NCBI RefSeq assembly: GCF_009914755.1
Contig: NC_060926.1
Origin: the human T2T-CHM13v2.0 reference genome, Homo sapiens
Length of the DNA: 64,000 nucleotides
Strand: one strand, 5' to 3'
The notes under the pieces were generated by a model. The model ran no database searches. It had not been told where the DNA came from and saw only the letters and a program-made list of their open reading frames with translations. The translations under genes and the position numbers were made by a program. Numbering within the stretch: the stretch's first letter is position 1; the number at the start of each line of letters is the position of its first letter. Positions 42,101-56,000 of this stretch are shown piece by piece.

Positions 42101-44212
42101 GGATGTTTCAACTGAAGTCACAGTGTTGAACAGTCCCTTTCATAGAGCAGGTTTGAAACACACTTTTTGTAGTATCTGGAAGTGGACATTTGGAGCGCTC
42201 TCAGGACTACGGTGAAAAAGGAAATATCTTCCAATAAAAGCTAGATAGAAGCAATGTCAGAAACTTTTTCATGATGTATCTACTCAGCTAACAGAGTTGA
42301 ACCTTTCATTTGAGAGAGCAGTTTTGAAACACTCTTTTTGTGGAATCTGCAAGTGGATATTTGTCTAGCTTTGAGGATTTCGTTGGAAACGGGATTACAT
42401 ATAAAAAGCAGACAGCAGCATTCCCAGAAACTTCTTTGTGATATTTGCATTCAAGTCACAGAGTTGAACATTCCCTTTCATAGAGCAGGTTTGAAACACT
42501 CTTTTTGTAGTATCTGGATGTGGACATTTGGAGCGCTTTCAGGCCTATGGTGAAAAAGGAAATAACTTCCCCTGAAAACTAGACAGAAGCATTCTCAGAA
42601 ACTTATTTGTGATGTGCGCCCTCAACTAACAGTGTTGAAGCTTTCTTTTGATAGAGCAGTTTTGAAACACTCTTTTTGTAAAATCTGCAAGACGATATTT
42701 GGATAGCTTTGAGGATTTCGGTGGAAATGGGATTGTCTTCATATAAACTCTAGACAGTAGCATTCTCAGAAGCTTCATTGGGATGTTTCAATTGAAGTCA
42801 CAGTGTTGAACAGTCCCTTTCATAGAGCAGGTTTGAAACACTGTTTTTGTAATATCTGGAAGTGGACATTTGGAGCGCTCTCAAGACTACGGTGAAAAAG
42901 GAAATATCTTCCAATAAAAGCTAGATAGAAGCAATGTCAGAAACTTTTTCATGATGTATCTACTAAGCTAGCAGAGTTGAACCTTTCTTTTGAGAGAGCA
43001 GTTTTGAAACACTCTTTTTGTGGAATCTGCAAGTGGATATTTGTCTAGCTTTGAGGATTTCGTTGGAAACGGGATTACATATGAAAAGCAGACAGCAGCA
43101 TTCCCAGAAACTTCTTTGTGATGTTTGCATTCAAGTCACAGAGTTGAACATTCCCTTTCATAGAGCAGGTTTGAAACACTCTTTTTGTAGTATCTGGATG
43201 TGGACATTTGGAGCGCTTTCAGGCCTATGGTGAAAAAGGAAATAACTTCCCCTGAAAACTAGACAGAAGCATTCTCAGAAACTTATTTGTGATGTGCGCC
43301 CTCAACTAACAGTGTTGAAGCTTTCTTTTCATAGAGCAGTTTTGCAACACTCTTTTTGTAAAATCTGCAAGAGGATATTTGGATAGCTTTGAGGATTTCG
43401 GTGGAAATGGGATTGTCTTCATATAAACTCTAGACAGTAGCATTCTCAGAAGCTTCATTGGGATGTTTCAATTGAAGTCACAGTGTTGAACAGTCCCTTT
43501 CATAGAGCAGGTTTGAAACACTCTTTTTGTAGTATCTGGAAGTGGACATTTGGAGCGCTCTCAGGACTACGGTGAAAAAGGAAATATCTTCCAATAAAAG
43601 CTAGATAGAAGCAATGTCAGAAACTTTTTCATGATGTATCTACTCAGCTAACAGAGTTGAACCTTTCTTTTGAGAGAGCACTTTTGAAACACTCTTTTTG
43701 TGGAATCTGCAAGTGGATATTTGTCTAGCTCTGAGGATTTCGTTGGAAACGGGATTACATATAAAAAGCAGACAGCAGCATTCCCAGAAACTTCTTTGTG
43801 ATGTTTGCATTCAAGTCACAGTGTTGAACATTCCCTTTCATAGAGCAGGTTTGAAACACTCTTTTTGTAGTATCTGGATGTGGACATTTGGAGCGCTTTC
43901 AGGCCTATGGTGAAAAAGGAAATATCTTCCCCTGAAAACTAGACAGAAGTATTCTCAGAAAGTTATTTGTGATGTGCGCCCTCAACTAACAGTGTTGAAG
44001 CTTTCTTTTGATAGAGCAGTTTTGAAACATTCTTTTTGTAAAATCTGCAAGAGGATATTTGGATAGCTTTGAGGATTTCTTTGGAAACGGGATTGTCTTC
44101 ATATTAACCCTAGACAGTAGCATTCTCAGAAGCTTCATTGGGATGTTTCAATTGAAGTCACAGTGTTGAACAGTCCCTTTCATAGAGCAGGTTTGAAACA
44201 CTCTTTTTGTAG
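30144..44212 (+). repeat. 5098-bp (30-monomer) super-HOR, about 2.76 tandem copies
   Basis: Variant pseudo-ORFs recur exactly at +5098 (30444/35542/40640; 31120/36218/41316; 31669/36767/41865). The unit is 676+1022+5x680 bp. Confidence 0.95.
31201..32222 (+). repeat. 6-mer HOR variant with M4/M2 breakpoint at the CENP-B box (copies at 36299 and 41397)
   Basis: The M4 body (GGTCTAGC) is followed by an M2 tail (GGGATTGTCTTC), with the switch at ~31828-31858. Confidence 0.9.
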
Positions 44213-47072
44213 TATCTGGAAGTGGACATTTGGAGCGCTCTCAGGACTACGGTGAAAAAGGTAATATCTTCCAATAAAAGCTAGATAGAAGCAATGTCAG
44301 AAACTTTTTCATGATGTATCTACTCAGCTAAGAGAGTTGAACCTTTCTTTTGAGAGAGCAGTTTTGAAGCACTCTTTTTGTGGAATCTGCAAGTGGATAT
44401 TTGTCTAGCTTTGAGGATTTCGTTGGAAACGGGATTACATATAAAAAGCAGACAGCAGCATTCCCAGAAACTTCTTTGTGATATTTGCATTCAAGTCACA
44501 GACTTGAACATTCCCTTTCATAGAGCAGGTTTGAAACACTCTTTTTGTAGTATCTGGATGTGGACATTTGGAGCGCTTTCAGGCCTATGGTGAAAAAGGA
44601 AATATCTTCCCCTGAAAACTAGATAGAAGCATTCTCAGAAACTTATTTGTGATGTGCGCCCTCAACTAACAGTGTTGAACCTTTCTTTTGATAGAGCAGT
44701 TTTGAAACACTCTTTTTGTAAAATCTGCAAGAGGATATTTGGATAGCTTTGAGGATTTCGTTGGAAACGGGATTGTCTTCATAGTAACCCTAGACAGTAG
44801 CATTCTCAGAACCTTCATTGGGATGTTTCAATTGAAGTCACAGTGTTGAACAGTCCCTTTCATAGAGCAGGTTTGAAACACTCTTTTTGTAGCATCTGGA
44901 AGTGGACATTTGGAGCGTTCTCAGGACTACGGTGAAAAAGGAAATATCTTCCAATAAAAGTTAGATAGAAGCAATGTCAGAAACTTTTTCATCATGTATC
45001 TACTCAGCTAACAGAGTTGAACCTTTCTTTTCACAGAGCAGTTTTGAAACACTCTTTTTGTGGAATCTGCAAGTGGATATTTGGCTAGCTTTGAGGATTT
45101 CGTTGGAAACAGGATTACACATAAAAAGCAGACAGCAGCATTCCCAGAAACTTCTCTGTGATGTTTGCATTCAAGTCACAGAGTTGAACATTCCCTTTCA
45201 TAGAGCAGGTTTGAAACACTCTTTTTGTAGTATCTGGATGTGGACATTTGGAGCGCTTTCAGGCCTATGGTGAAAAAGGATATATCTTCCCCTGAAAACT
45301 GGACAGAAGCATTCTCAGAAACTTATTTGTGATGTGCGCCCTCAACTAACAGTGTTGAAGCTTTCTTTTGATAGAGCAGTTTTCAAACACTCTTTTTGTA
45401 AAATCTGCAAGAGGATATTTGGATAGTTTTGAGGATTTCGTTGGAAACAGGATTGTCTTCATATAAACTCTAGACAGTAGCATTCTCAGAAGCTTCATTG
45501 GGATGTTTCAATTGAAGTCACAGTGTTGAACAGGCCCTTTCATAGAGCAGGTTTGAAACACTCTTTTTGTAGTATCTGGAAGTGGACATTTGGAGCACTC
45601 TCAGGACTACGGTGAAAAAGGTAATATCTTCCAATAAACGCTAGATAGAAGCAATGTCAGAAACTTTTTCATGATGTATCTACTCAGCTAACAGAGTTGA
45701 ACCTTTCTTTTGAGGCAGCAGTTTTGAAACACTCTTTTTGTGGAATCTGCAAGTGGATATTTGTCTAGTTTTGAGGACTTCGTTGGAAACGGGATTACAT
45801 AAGAAAAGCAGACAGCAGCATTCCCAGAAACTTCTTTGTGATGTTTGCATTCAAGTCACAGAGTTGAACATTCCCTTTCATAGAGCAGGTTTGAAACACT
45901 CTTTTTGTAGTATCTGGATGTGGACATTTGGAGCGCTTTCAGGCCTATGCTGAAAAAGGAAATATCTTCCCCTGAAAACTAGACAGAAGCATTCTCAGAA
46001 ACTTATTTGTGATGTGCACCCTCAACTGACAGTGTTGAAGCTTTCTTTTGATAGAGCAGTTTTGAAACACTCTTTTTGTAAAATCTGCAAGAGGATATTT
46101 GGATAGCTTTGAGGATTTCGTTGGAAACGGGATTGTCTTCATATAAACTCTAGACAGTAGCATTCTCAGAAGCTTCATTGGGATGTTTCAATTGAAGTCA
46201 CAGTGTTGAACAGTCCCTTTCATAGAGCAGGTTTGAAACACTCTTTTTGTAGCATCTGGAAGTGGACATTTGGAGCGCTCTCAGGACTACGGTGAAAAAG
46301 GGAATATCTTCCAATAAAAGCTAGATAGAAGCAATGTCAGAAACTTTTTCATCATGTATCTACTCAGCTAAAAGAGTTGAACCTTTCTTTTGAGAGAGCA
46401 GTTTTGAAACACTCTTTTTGTGGAATCTGCAAGTGGATATTTGTCTAGCTTTGAGGATTTCGTTGGAAACGGGATTACATATAAAAAGCAGACAGCAGCA
46501 TTCCCAGAAACTTTTTTGTGATGTTTGCATTCAAGTCACAGAGTTGAACATTCCCTTTCATAGAGCAGGTTTGAAACACTCTTTTTGTAGTATCTGGATG
46601 TGGACATTTGGAGCGCTTTCAGGCCTATGGTGAAAAAGGAAATATCTTCCCCTGATAACTAGACAGAAGCATTCTCAGAAACTTATTTGTGATGTGCGCC
46701 CTCAACTAACAGTGTTGAACCTTTCTTTTGATAGAGCAGTTTAGAAACACTCTTTTTGTAAAATCTGCAAGAGGATATTTGGATAGCTTTGAGGATTTCG
46801 TTGGAAACGGGATTGTCTTCATATAAAATCTAGACAGAAGCATTCTCAGAGGCTTCATTGGGATGTTTCAATTGAAGTCACAGTGTTGAACAGTCCCTTT
46901 CATAGAGCATGTTTGAAACACTCTTTTTGTAGTATCTGGAAGTGGACATTTGGAGCGTTCTCAGGACTACGGTGAAAAAGGAAATATCTTCCAAATAAAG
47001 CTAGATAGAAGAAATGTCAGAAAATTTTTCATGATGTATCTACTCAGCTAACAGAGTTGAACCATTCTTTTC

Positions 47073-50000
47073 AGAGAGCAGTTTTGAAACACTCTTTTTG
47101 TGGAATCTGCAAGTGGATATTTGTCTAGCTTTGAGGATTTCGTTGGAAACGGGATTACATATAAAAAGCAGACAGCAGCATTCTCAGAAACTTCTTTGTG
47201 ATGTTTGCATTCAAGTCACAGAGTTGAACATTCCCTTTCATAGAGCAGGTTTGAAACACTCTTTTTGTAGTATCTGGATGTGGACATTTGGAGCGCTTTC
47301 AGGCCTATGGTGAAAAAGGAAATATCTTCCCCTGAAAACTAGACAGAAGCATTCTCAGAAACTTATTTGTGATGTGCGCCCTCAACTAACAGTGTTGAAG
47401 CTTTCTTTTGTTAGAGCAGTTTTCAAACACTCTTTTTGTAAAATCTGCAAGAGGATATTTGGATAGTTTTGAGGATTTCATTGGAAACGGGATTGTCTTC
47501 ATATAAACTCTAGACAGTAGCATTCTCAGAAGCTTCATTGGGATGTTTCAATTGAAGTCACAGTGTTGAACAGTCCCTTTCATAGAGCAGGTTGGAAACA
47601 CTCATTTGGTAGTATCTGGAAGTGGACATTTTGAGCGCTCTCAGGACTACGGTGAAAAAGGAAATATCTTCCAATAAAAGCTAGATAGAAGCAATGTCAG
47701 AAACTTTTTCATGATGTATCTACTCAGCTAACAGAGTTGAACCTTTCTTTTGAGAGAGCAGTTTTGAAACACTCTTTTTGTGGAATCTGCAAGTGGATAT
47801 TTGTCTAGCTTTGAGGATTTCGTTGGAAACGGGATTACATATAAAAAGCAGACAGCAGCATTCCCAGAAACTTCTTTGTGATGTTTGCATTCAAGTCACA
47901 GAGTTGAACATTCCCTTTCATAGAGCAGGTTTGAAACACTCTTTTTGTAGTATCTGGATGTGGACATTTGGAGCGCTTTCAGGCCTATGGTGAAAAAGGA
48001 AATATCTTCCCCTGAAAACTAGACAGAAGCATTCTCAGAAACTTATTTGTGATGTGCGCCCTCAACTAACAGTGTTGAAGCTTTCTTTTGATAGAGCAGT
48101 TTTCAAACACTCTTTTTGTAAAATCTGCAAGAGGATATTTGGATAGTTTTGAGGATTTCATTGGAAACGGGATTGTCTTCATATAAACTCTAGACAGTAG
48201 CATTCTCAGAAGCTTCATTGGGATGTTTCAATTGAAGTCACAGTGTTGAACAGTCCCTTTCATAGAGCAGGTTTGAAACACTCTTTTTGTAGTATCTGGA
48301 AGTGGACATTTGGAGCGCTCTCAGGACTACGGTGAAAAAGGGAATATCTTCCAATAAAAGCTAGATAAAAGAAATGTCAGAAACTTTTTCATGAGGTATC
48401 TACTCAGCTAAAAGTGTTGAACCTTTCTTTTCACAGAGCAGTTTTGAAACACTCTTTTTGTGGAATCTGCAAGTGGATATTTGTCTAGCTTTGAGGATTT
48501 CGTTGGAAACGGGATTACGTATAAAAAGCAGACAGCAGCATTCCCAGAAACTTCTTTGTGATGTTTGTATTCAAGTCACAGAGTTGAACATTCCCTTTCA
48601 TAGAGCAGGTTTGAAACACTCTTTTTGTAGTATCTGGATGTGGACATTTGGAGCGCTTTCAGGCCTATGGTGAAAAAGGAAATATCTTCCCCTGAACACT
48701 AGACAGAAGCATTCTCAGAAACTTATTTGTGATGTGCGCCCTCAACTAACAGTGTTGAACCTTTCTTTTGGTAGAGCAGTTTTGAAACACTCTTTTTGTA
48801 AAATCTGCAAGAGGATATTTGGATAGATTTGAGGATTTCGTTGGAAACGGGATTGTCTTCATATAAAATCTAGACAGAAGCATTCTCAGAAGCTTCATTG
48901 GGATGTTTCAATTGAAGTCACAGTGTTGAACAGTCCCTTACATAGAGCATGTTTGAAACACTCTTTTTGTAGTATCTGGAAGTGGACATTTGGAGCGTTC
49001 TCAGGACTACGGTGAAAAAGGAAATATCTTCCAAATAAAGCTAGATAGAAGCAATGTCAGAAAATTGTTCATGATGTATCTACTCTGCTAACAGAGTTGA
49101 ACCTTTCTTTTGAGAGAACAGTTTTGAAACACACTTTTTGTGGAATATGCAAGTGGATATTTGTCTAGCTTTGAGGATTTCGTTGGAAACGGGATTACAT
49201 ATAAAAGGCAGACAGAAGCATTCCCAGAAACTTCTTTGTGATGTTTGCATTCAAGTCACAGAGTTGGACATTCCCTTTCATAGAGCAGGTTTGAAACACT
49301 CTTTTTGTAGTATCTGGATGTGGACATTTGGAGCGCTTTCAGGCCTATGCTGAAAAAGGAAATATCTTCCCCTGAAAACTAGACAGAAGCATTCTCAGAA
49401 ACTTATTTGTGATGTGCGCCCTCAACTAACAGTGTTGAAGCTTTCTTTTGATAGAGCAGTTTTCAAACACTCTTTTTGTAAAATCTGCAAGAGGATATTT
49501 GGATAGTTTTGAGGATTTCGTTGGAAACAGGATTGTCTTCATATAAACTCTAGACAGTAGCATTCTCAGAAGCTTCATTGGGATGTTTCAATTGAAGTCA
49601 CAGTGTTGAACAGTCCCTTTCATAGAGCAGGTTTGAAACACTCTTTTTGTAGTATCTGGAAGTGGACATTTGGAGCACTCTCAGGACTACGGTGAAAAAG
49701 GTAATATCTTCCAATAAAAGCTAGATAGAAGCAATGTCAGAAACTTTTTCATGATGTATCTACTCAGCTAACAGAGTTGAACCTTTCTTTTGAGGCAGCA
49801 GTTTTGAAACACTCTTTTTGTGGAATCTGCAAGTGGATATTTGTCTAGCTTTGAGGACTTCGTTGGAAACGGGATTACATAAGAAAAGCAGACAGCAGCA
49901 TTCCCAGAAACTTCTTTGTGATGTTTGCATTCAAGTCACAGAGTTGAACATTCCCTTTCATAGAGCAGGTTTGAAACACTCTTTTTGTAGTATCTGGATG

Positions 50001-53000
50001 TGGACATTTGGAGCGCTTTCAGGCCTATGCTGAAAAAGGAAATATCTTCCCCTGAACACTAGACAGAAGCATTCTCAGAAACTTATTTGTGATGTGCACC
50101 CTCAACTAACAGTGTTGAAGCTTTCTTTTGATAGAGCAGTTTTGAAACACTCTTTTTGTAAAATCTGCAAGAGGATATTTGGATAGCTTTGAGGATTTCG
50201 TTGGAAACGGGATTGTCTTCATATAAACTCTAGACAGTAGCATTCTCAGAAGCTTCATTGGGATGTTTCAATTGAAGTCACAGTGTTGAACAGTCCCTTT
50301 CATAGAGCAGGTTTGAAACACTCTTTTTGTAGCATCTGGAAGTGGACATTGAGAGCGTTCTCAGGACTACGGTGAAAAAGGAAATATCTTCCAATAAAAG
50401 CTAGATAGAAGCAATGTCAGAAACTTTTTCATGATATATCTACTCAGCTAACAGAGTTCAACCTTTCTTTTGAGAGAGCAGTTTTAAAACAGTCTTTTTG
50501 TGGAATATGCAAGTGGATATTAAGCCAGCTTGGAGGATTTCGTTGGAAACGGGAATCCATATAAAATGCAGACAGCAGCATTCTCAGAAACTTCTTTGTG
50601 ATGTTTGCATTCAAGTCACAGAGTTGAACATTCCCTTTCATAGAGCAGGTTTGAAACACTGTTTTTGTAGTATCTGGAAGTGGACATTTAGAGCGTTCTC
50701 AGGACTACGGTGAAAAAGGAAATATCTTCCAATAAAAGCTAGATAGAAGCAATGTCAGAAACTTTTTCATGATATATCTACTCAGCTAACAGAGTTCAAC
50801 CTTTCTTTTGAGAGAGCAGTTTTAAAACAGTCTTTTTGTGGAATATGCAAGTGGATATTAAGCCAGCTTGGAGGATTTCGTTGGAAACGGGAATCCATAT
50901 AAAATGCAGACAGCAGCATTCTCAGAAACTTCTTTGTGATGTTTGCATTGAAGTCCCAGATTTGAACATTCCCTTTCATAGAGCAGGTTTGAAACACGCC
51001 TTTTGTCATATCTGCAAGTTGTCCATTTGGAGCGCATTCCGGCTTGTGTTGAAAAAGGAAATATCCTCCCATAAAAACTAGATAGAAGCATTCTCAGAAA
51101 CTTATTTGTGATGTGTGTACTCAACTAACAGAATTGAACCATCGTTTTGAAAGAGCAGTTTTGAAACACTCCTTTTGTGGAATCTGCAAGTGGATATTTG
51201 TCTAGCTTTGAGGATTTCGTTGGAAACGGGATTACATATAAAAAGCAGACAGCAGCATTCCCAGAATCTTCTTTGTGATGTTTGCATTCAAGTCACAGAG
51301 TTGAACATTCCCTTTCATAGAGCAGGTTTGAAACACTCTTTTTGTAGTATCTGGATGTGGACATTTGGAGCGCTTTCAGGCCTATGGTGAAAAAGGAAAT
51401 ATCTTCCCCTGAAAACTAGACAGAAGCATTCTCAGAAACTTATTTGTGATGTGCGCCCTCAACTAACAGTGTTGAACCTTTCTTTTGATAGGGCAGTTTT
51501 GAAACACTCTTTTTGTAAAATCTGCAAGAGGATATTTGGATAGCTTTGAGGATTTCGTTGGAAACGGGATTGTCTTCATATAAACTCTAGACAGAAGCAT
51601 TCTCAGAAAATTCATTGGGATGTTTCAATTGAAGTCACAGTGTTGAACAGTTCCTTTCATAGAGCAGGTTTGAAACACTCTTTTTGTAGTATCTGGAAGT
51701 GGACATTTGGAGCGCTCTCAGGACTACGGTGAAAAAGGAAATATCTTCCAATAAAAGCTAGATAGAAGCAATGTCAGAAAATTTTTCATGATGTATCTAC
51801 TCAGCTAACAGAGTTGAAACTTTCTTTTCAGAGAGCAGTTTTGAAACACTCTTTTTGTGGAGTCTGCAAGTGGATATTTGTCTAGTTTTGAGGATTTCGT
51901 TGGAAACGGGATTACATATAAAAAGCAGACAGCAGCATTCTCAGAAACTTCTTTGTGATGTTTGCATTCAAGTCACAGAGTTGAACATTCCCTTTCATAG
52001 AGCAGGTTTGAAACCCTCTTTTTGTAGTATCTGGAAGTGGACATTGAGAGCGCTCTCAGGACTACAGTGAAAAAGGAAATATCTTCCAATAAAAGCTAGA
52101 TAGAAGCAATGTCAGAAAATTTTTCATGATGTACCTACTCAGCTAACAGAGTTGAACCTTTCTTTTGAGAGAGCAGTTTTGAAACACTCTTTTTGTGGAA
52201 TCTGCAAGTGGATATTTGTCTAGCTTTGAGGATTTCGTTGGAAACGGGATTACATATAAAAAGCAGACAGCAGCATTCTCAGAAACTTCTTTGTGATGTT
52301 TGCATTCAAGTCACAGAGTTGAACATTCCCTTTCATAGAGCAGGTTTGAAACACTCTTTTTGTAGTATCTGGATGTGGACATTTGGAGCGCTTTCAGGCC
52401 TATGGTGAAAAAGGAAATATCTTCCCCTGAAAACTAGACAGAAGCATTCTCAGAAACTTATTTGTGATGTGCGCCCTCAACTAACAGTGTTGAAGCTTTC
52501 TTTTGTTAGAGCAGTTTTCAAACACTCTTTTTGTAAAATCTGCAAGAGGATATTTGGATAGTTTTGAGGATTTCATTGGAAACGGGATTGTCTTCATATA
52601 AACTCTAGACAGTAGCATTCTCAGAAGCTTCATTGGGATGTTTCAATTGAAGTCACAGTGTTGAACAGTCCCTTTCATAGAGCAGGTTGGAAACACTCAT
52701 TTGGTAGTATCTGGAAGTGGACATTTTGAGCGCTCTCAGGACTACGGTGAAAAAGGAAATATCTTCCAATAAAAGCTAGATAGAAGCAATGTCAGAAACT
52801 TTTTCATGATGTATCTACTCAGCTAACAGAGTTGAACCTTTCTTTTGAGAGAGCAGTTTTGAAACACTCTTTTTGTGGAATCTGCAAGTGGATATTTGTC
52901 TAGCTTTGAGGATTTCGTTGGAAACGGGATTACATATAAAAAGCAGACAGCAGCATTCCCAGAAACTTCTTTGTGATGTTTGCATTCAAGTCACAGAGTT

Positions 53001-56000
53001 GAACATTCCCTTTCATAGAGCAGGTTTGAAACACTCTTTTTGTAGTATCTGGATGTGGACATTTGGAGCGCTTTCAGGCCTATGGTGAAAAAGGAAATAT
53101 CTTCCCCTGAAAACTAGACAGAAGCATTCTCAGAAACTTATTTGTGATGTGCGCCCTCAACTAACAGTGTTGAAGCTTTCTTTTGATAGAGCAGTTTTCA
53201 AACACTCTTTTTGTAAAATCTGCAAGAGGATATTTGGATAGTTTTGAGGATTTCATTGGAAACGGGATTGTCTTCATATAAACTCTAGACAGTAGCATTC
53301 TCAGAAGCTTCATTGGGATGTTTCAATTGAAGTCACAGTGTTGAACAGTCCCTTTCATAGAGCAGGTTTGAAACACTCTTTTTGTAGTATCTGGAAGTGG
53401 ACATTTGGAGCGCTCTCAGGACTACGGTGAAAAAGGGAATATCTTCCAATAAAAGCTAGATAAAAGAAATGTCAGAAACTTTTTCATGAGGTATCTACTC
53501 AGCTAAAAGTGTTGAACCTTTCTTTTGAGAGAGCAGTTTTGAAACACTCTTTTTGTGGAATCTGCAAGTGGATATTTGTCTAGCTTTGAGGATTTCGTTG
53601 GAAACGGGATTACGTATAAAAAGCAGACAGCAGCATTCCCAGAAACTTCTTTGTGATGTTTGTATTCAAGTCACAGAGTTGAACATTCCCTTTCATAGAG
53701 CAGGTTTGAAACACTCTTTTTGTAGTATCTGGATGTGGACATTTGGAGCGCTTTCAGGCCTATGGTGAAAAAGGAAATATCTTCCCCTGAACACTAGACA
53801 GAAGCATTCTCAGAAACTTATTTGTGATGTGCGCCCTCAACTAACAGTGTTGAACCTTTCTTTTGGTAGAGCAGTTTTGAAACACTCTTTTTGTAAAATC
53901 TGCAAGAGGATATTTGGATAGATTTGAGGATTTCGTTGGAAACGGGATTGTCTTCATATAAAATCTAGACAGAAGCATTCTCAGAAGCTTCATTGGGATG
54001 TTTCAATTGAAGTCACAGTGTTGAACAGTCCCTTACATAGAGCATGTTTGAAACACTCTTTTTGTAGTATCTGGAAGTGGACATTTGGAGCGTTCTCAGG
54101 ACTACGGTGAAAAAGGAAATATCTTCCAAATAAAGCTAGATAGAAGCAATGTCAGAAAATTGTTCATGATGTATCTACTCTGCTAACAGAGTTGAACCTT
54201 TCTTTTGAGAGAACAGTTTTGAAACACACTTTTTGTGGAATATGCAAGTGGATATTTGTCTAGCTTTGAGGATTTCGTTGGAAACGGGATTACATATAAA
54301 AGGCAGACAGAAGCATTCCCAGAAACTTCTTTGTGATGTTTGCATTCAAGTCACAGAGTTGGACATTCCCTTTCATAGAGCAGGTTTGAAACACTCTTTT
54401 TGTAGTATCTGGATGTGGACATTTGGAGCGCTTTCAGGCCTATGCTGAAAAAGGAAATATCTTCCCCTGAAAACTAGACAGAAGCATTCTCAGAAACTTA
54501 TTTGTGATGTGCGCCCTCAACTAACAGTGTTGAAGCTTTCTTTTGATAGAGCAGTTTTCAAACACTCTTTTTGTAAAATCTGCAAGAGGATATTTGGATA
54601 GTTTTGAGGATTTCGTTGGAAACAGGATTGTCTTCATATAAACTCTAGACAGTAGCATTCTCAGAAGCTTCATTGGGATGTTTCAATTGAAGTCACAGTG
54701 TTGAACAGTCCCTTTCATAGAGCAGGTTTGAAACACTCTTTTTGTAGTATCTGGAAGTGGACATTTGGAGCACTCTCAGGACTACGGTGAAAAAGGTAAT
54801 ATCTTCCAATAAAAGCTAGATAGAAGCAATGTCAGAAACTTTTTCATGATGTATCTACTCAGCTAACAGAGTTGAACCTTTCTTTTGAGGCAGCAGTTTT
54901 GAAACACTCTTTTTGTGGAATCTGCAAGTGGATATTTGTCTAGCTTTGAGGACTTCGTTGGAAACGGGATTACATAAGAAAAGCAGACAGCAGCATTCCC
55001 AGAAACTTCTTTGTGATGTTTGCATTCAAGTCACAGAGTTGAACATTCCCTTTCATAGAGCAGGTTTGAAACACTCTTTTTGTAGTATCTGGATGTGGAC
55101 ATTTGGAGCGCTTTCAGGCCTATGCTGAAAAAGGAAATATCTTCCCCTGAACACCAGACAGAAGCATTCTCAGAAACTTATTTGTGATGTGCACCCTCAA
55201 CTAACAGTGTTGAAGCTTTCTTTTGATAGAGCAGTTTTGAAACACTCTTTTTGTAAAATCTGCAAGAGGATATTTGGATAGCTTTGAGGATTTCGTTGGA
55301 AACGGGATTGTCTTCATATAAACTCTAGACAGTAGCATTCTCAGAAGCTTCATTGGGATGTTTCAATTGAAGTCACAGTGTTGAACAGTCCCTTTCATAG
55401 AGCAGGTTTGAAACACTCTTTTTGTAGCATCTGGAAGTGGACATTTGGAGCGCTCTCAGGACTACGGTGAAAAAGGAAATATCTTCCAATAAAAGCTAGA
55501 TAGAAGCAATGTCAGAAACTTTTTCATCATGTATCTACTCAGCGAAAAGAGTTGAACCTTTCTTTTGAGAGAGCAGTTTTGAAACACTCTTTTTGTGGAA
55601 TCTGCAAGTGGATATTTGTCTAGCTTTGAGGATTTCGTTGGAAACGGGATTACATATAAAAAGCAGACAGCAGCATTCCCAGAAACTTTTTTGTGATGTT
55701 TGCATTCAAGTCACAGAGTTGAACATTCCCTTTCATAGAGCAGGTTTGAAACACTCTTTTTGTAGTATCTGGATGTGGACATTTGGAGCGCTTTCAGGCC
55801 TATGGTGAAAAAGGAAATATCTTCCCCTGATAACTAGACAGAAGCATTCTCAGAAACTTATTTGTGATGTGCGCCCTCAACTAACAGTGTTGAACCTTTC
55901 TTTTGATAGAGCAGTTTAGAAACACTCTTTTTGTAAAATCTGCAAGAGGATATTTGGATAGCTTTGAGGATTTCGTTGGAAACGGGATTGTCTTCATATA

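Noticed and set aside
50917-51088. M7 as foreign non-satellite DNA
   Set aside because: It aligns end to end as a diverged 172-bp A-type alpha monomer.
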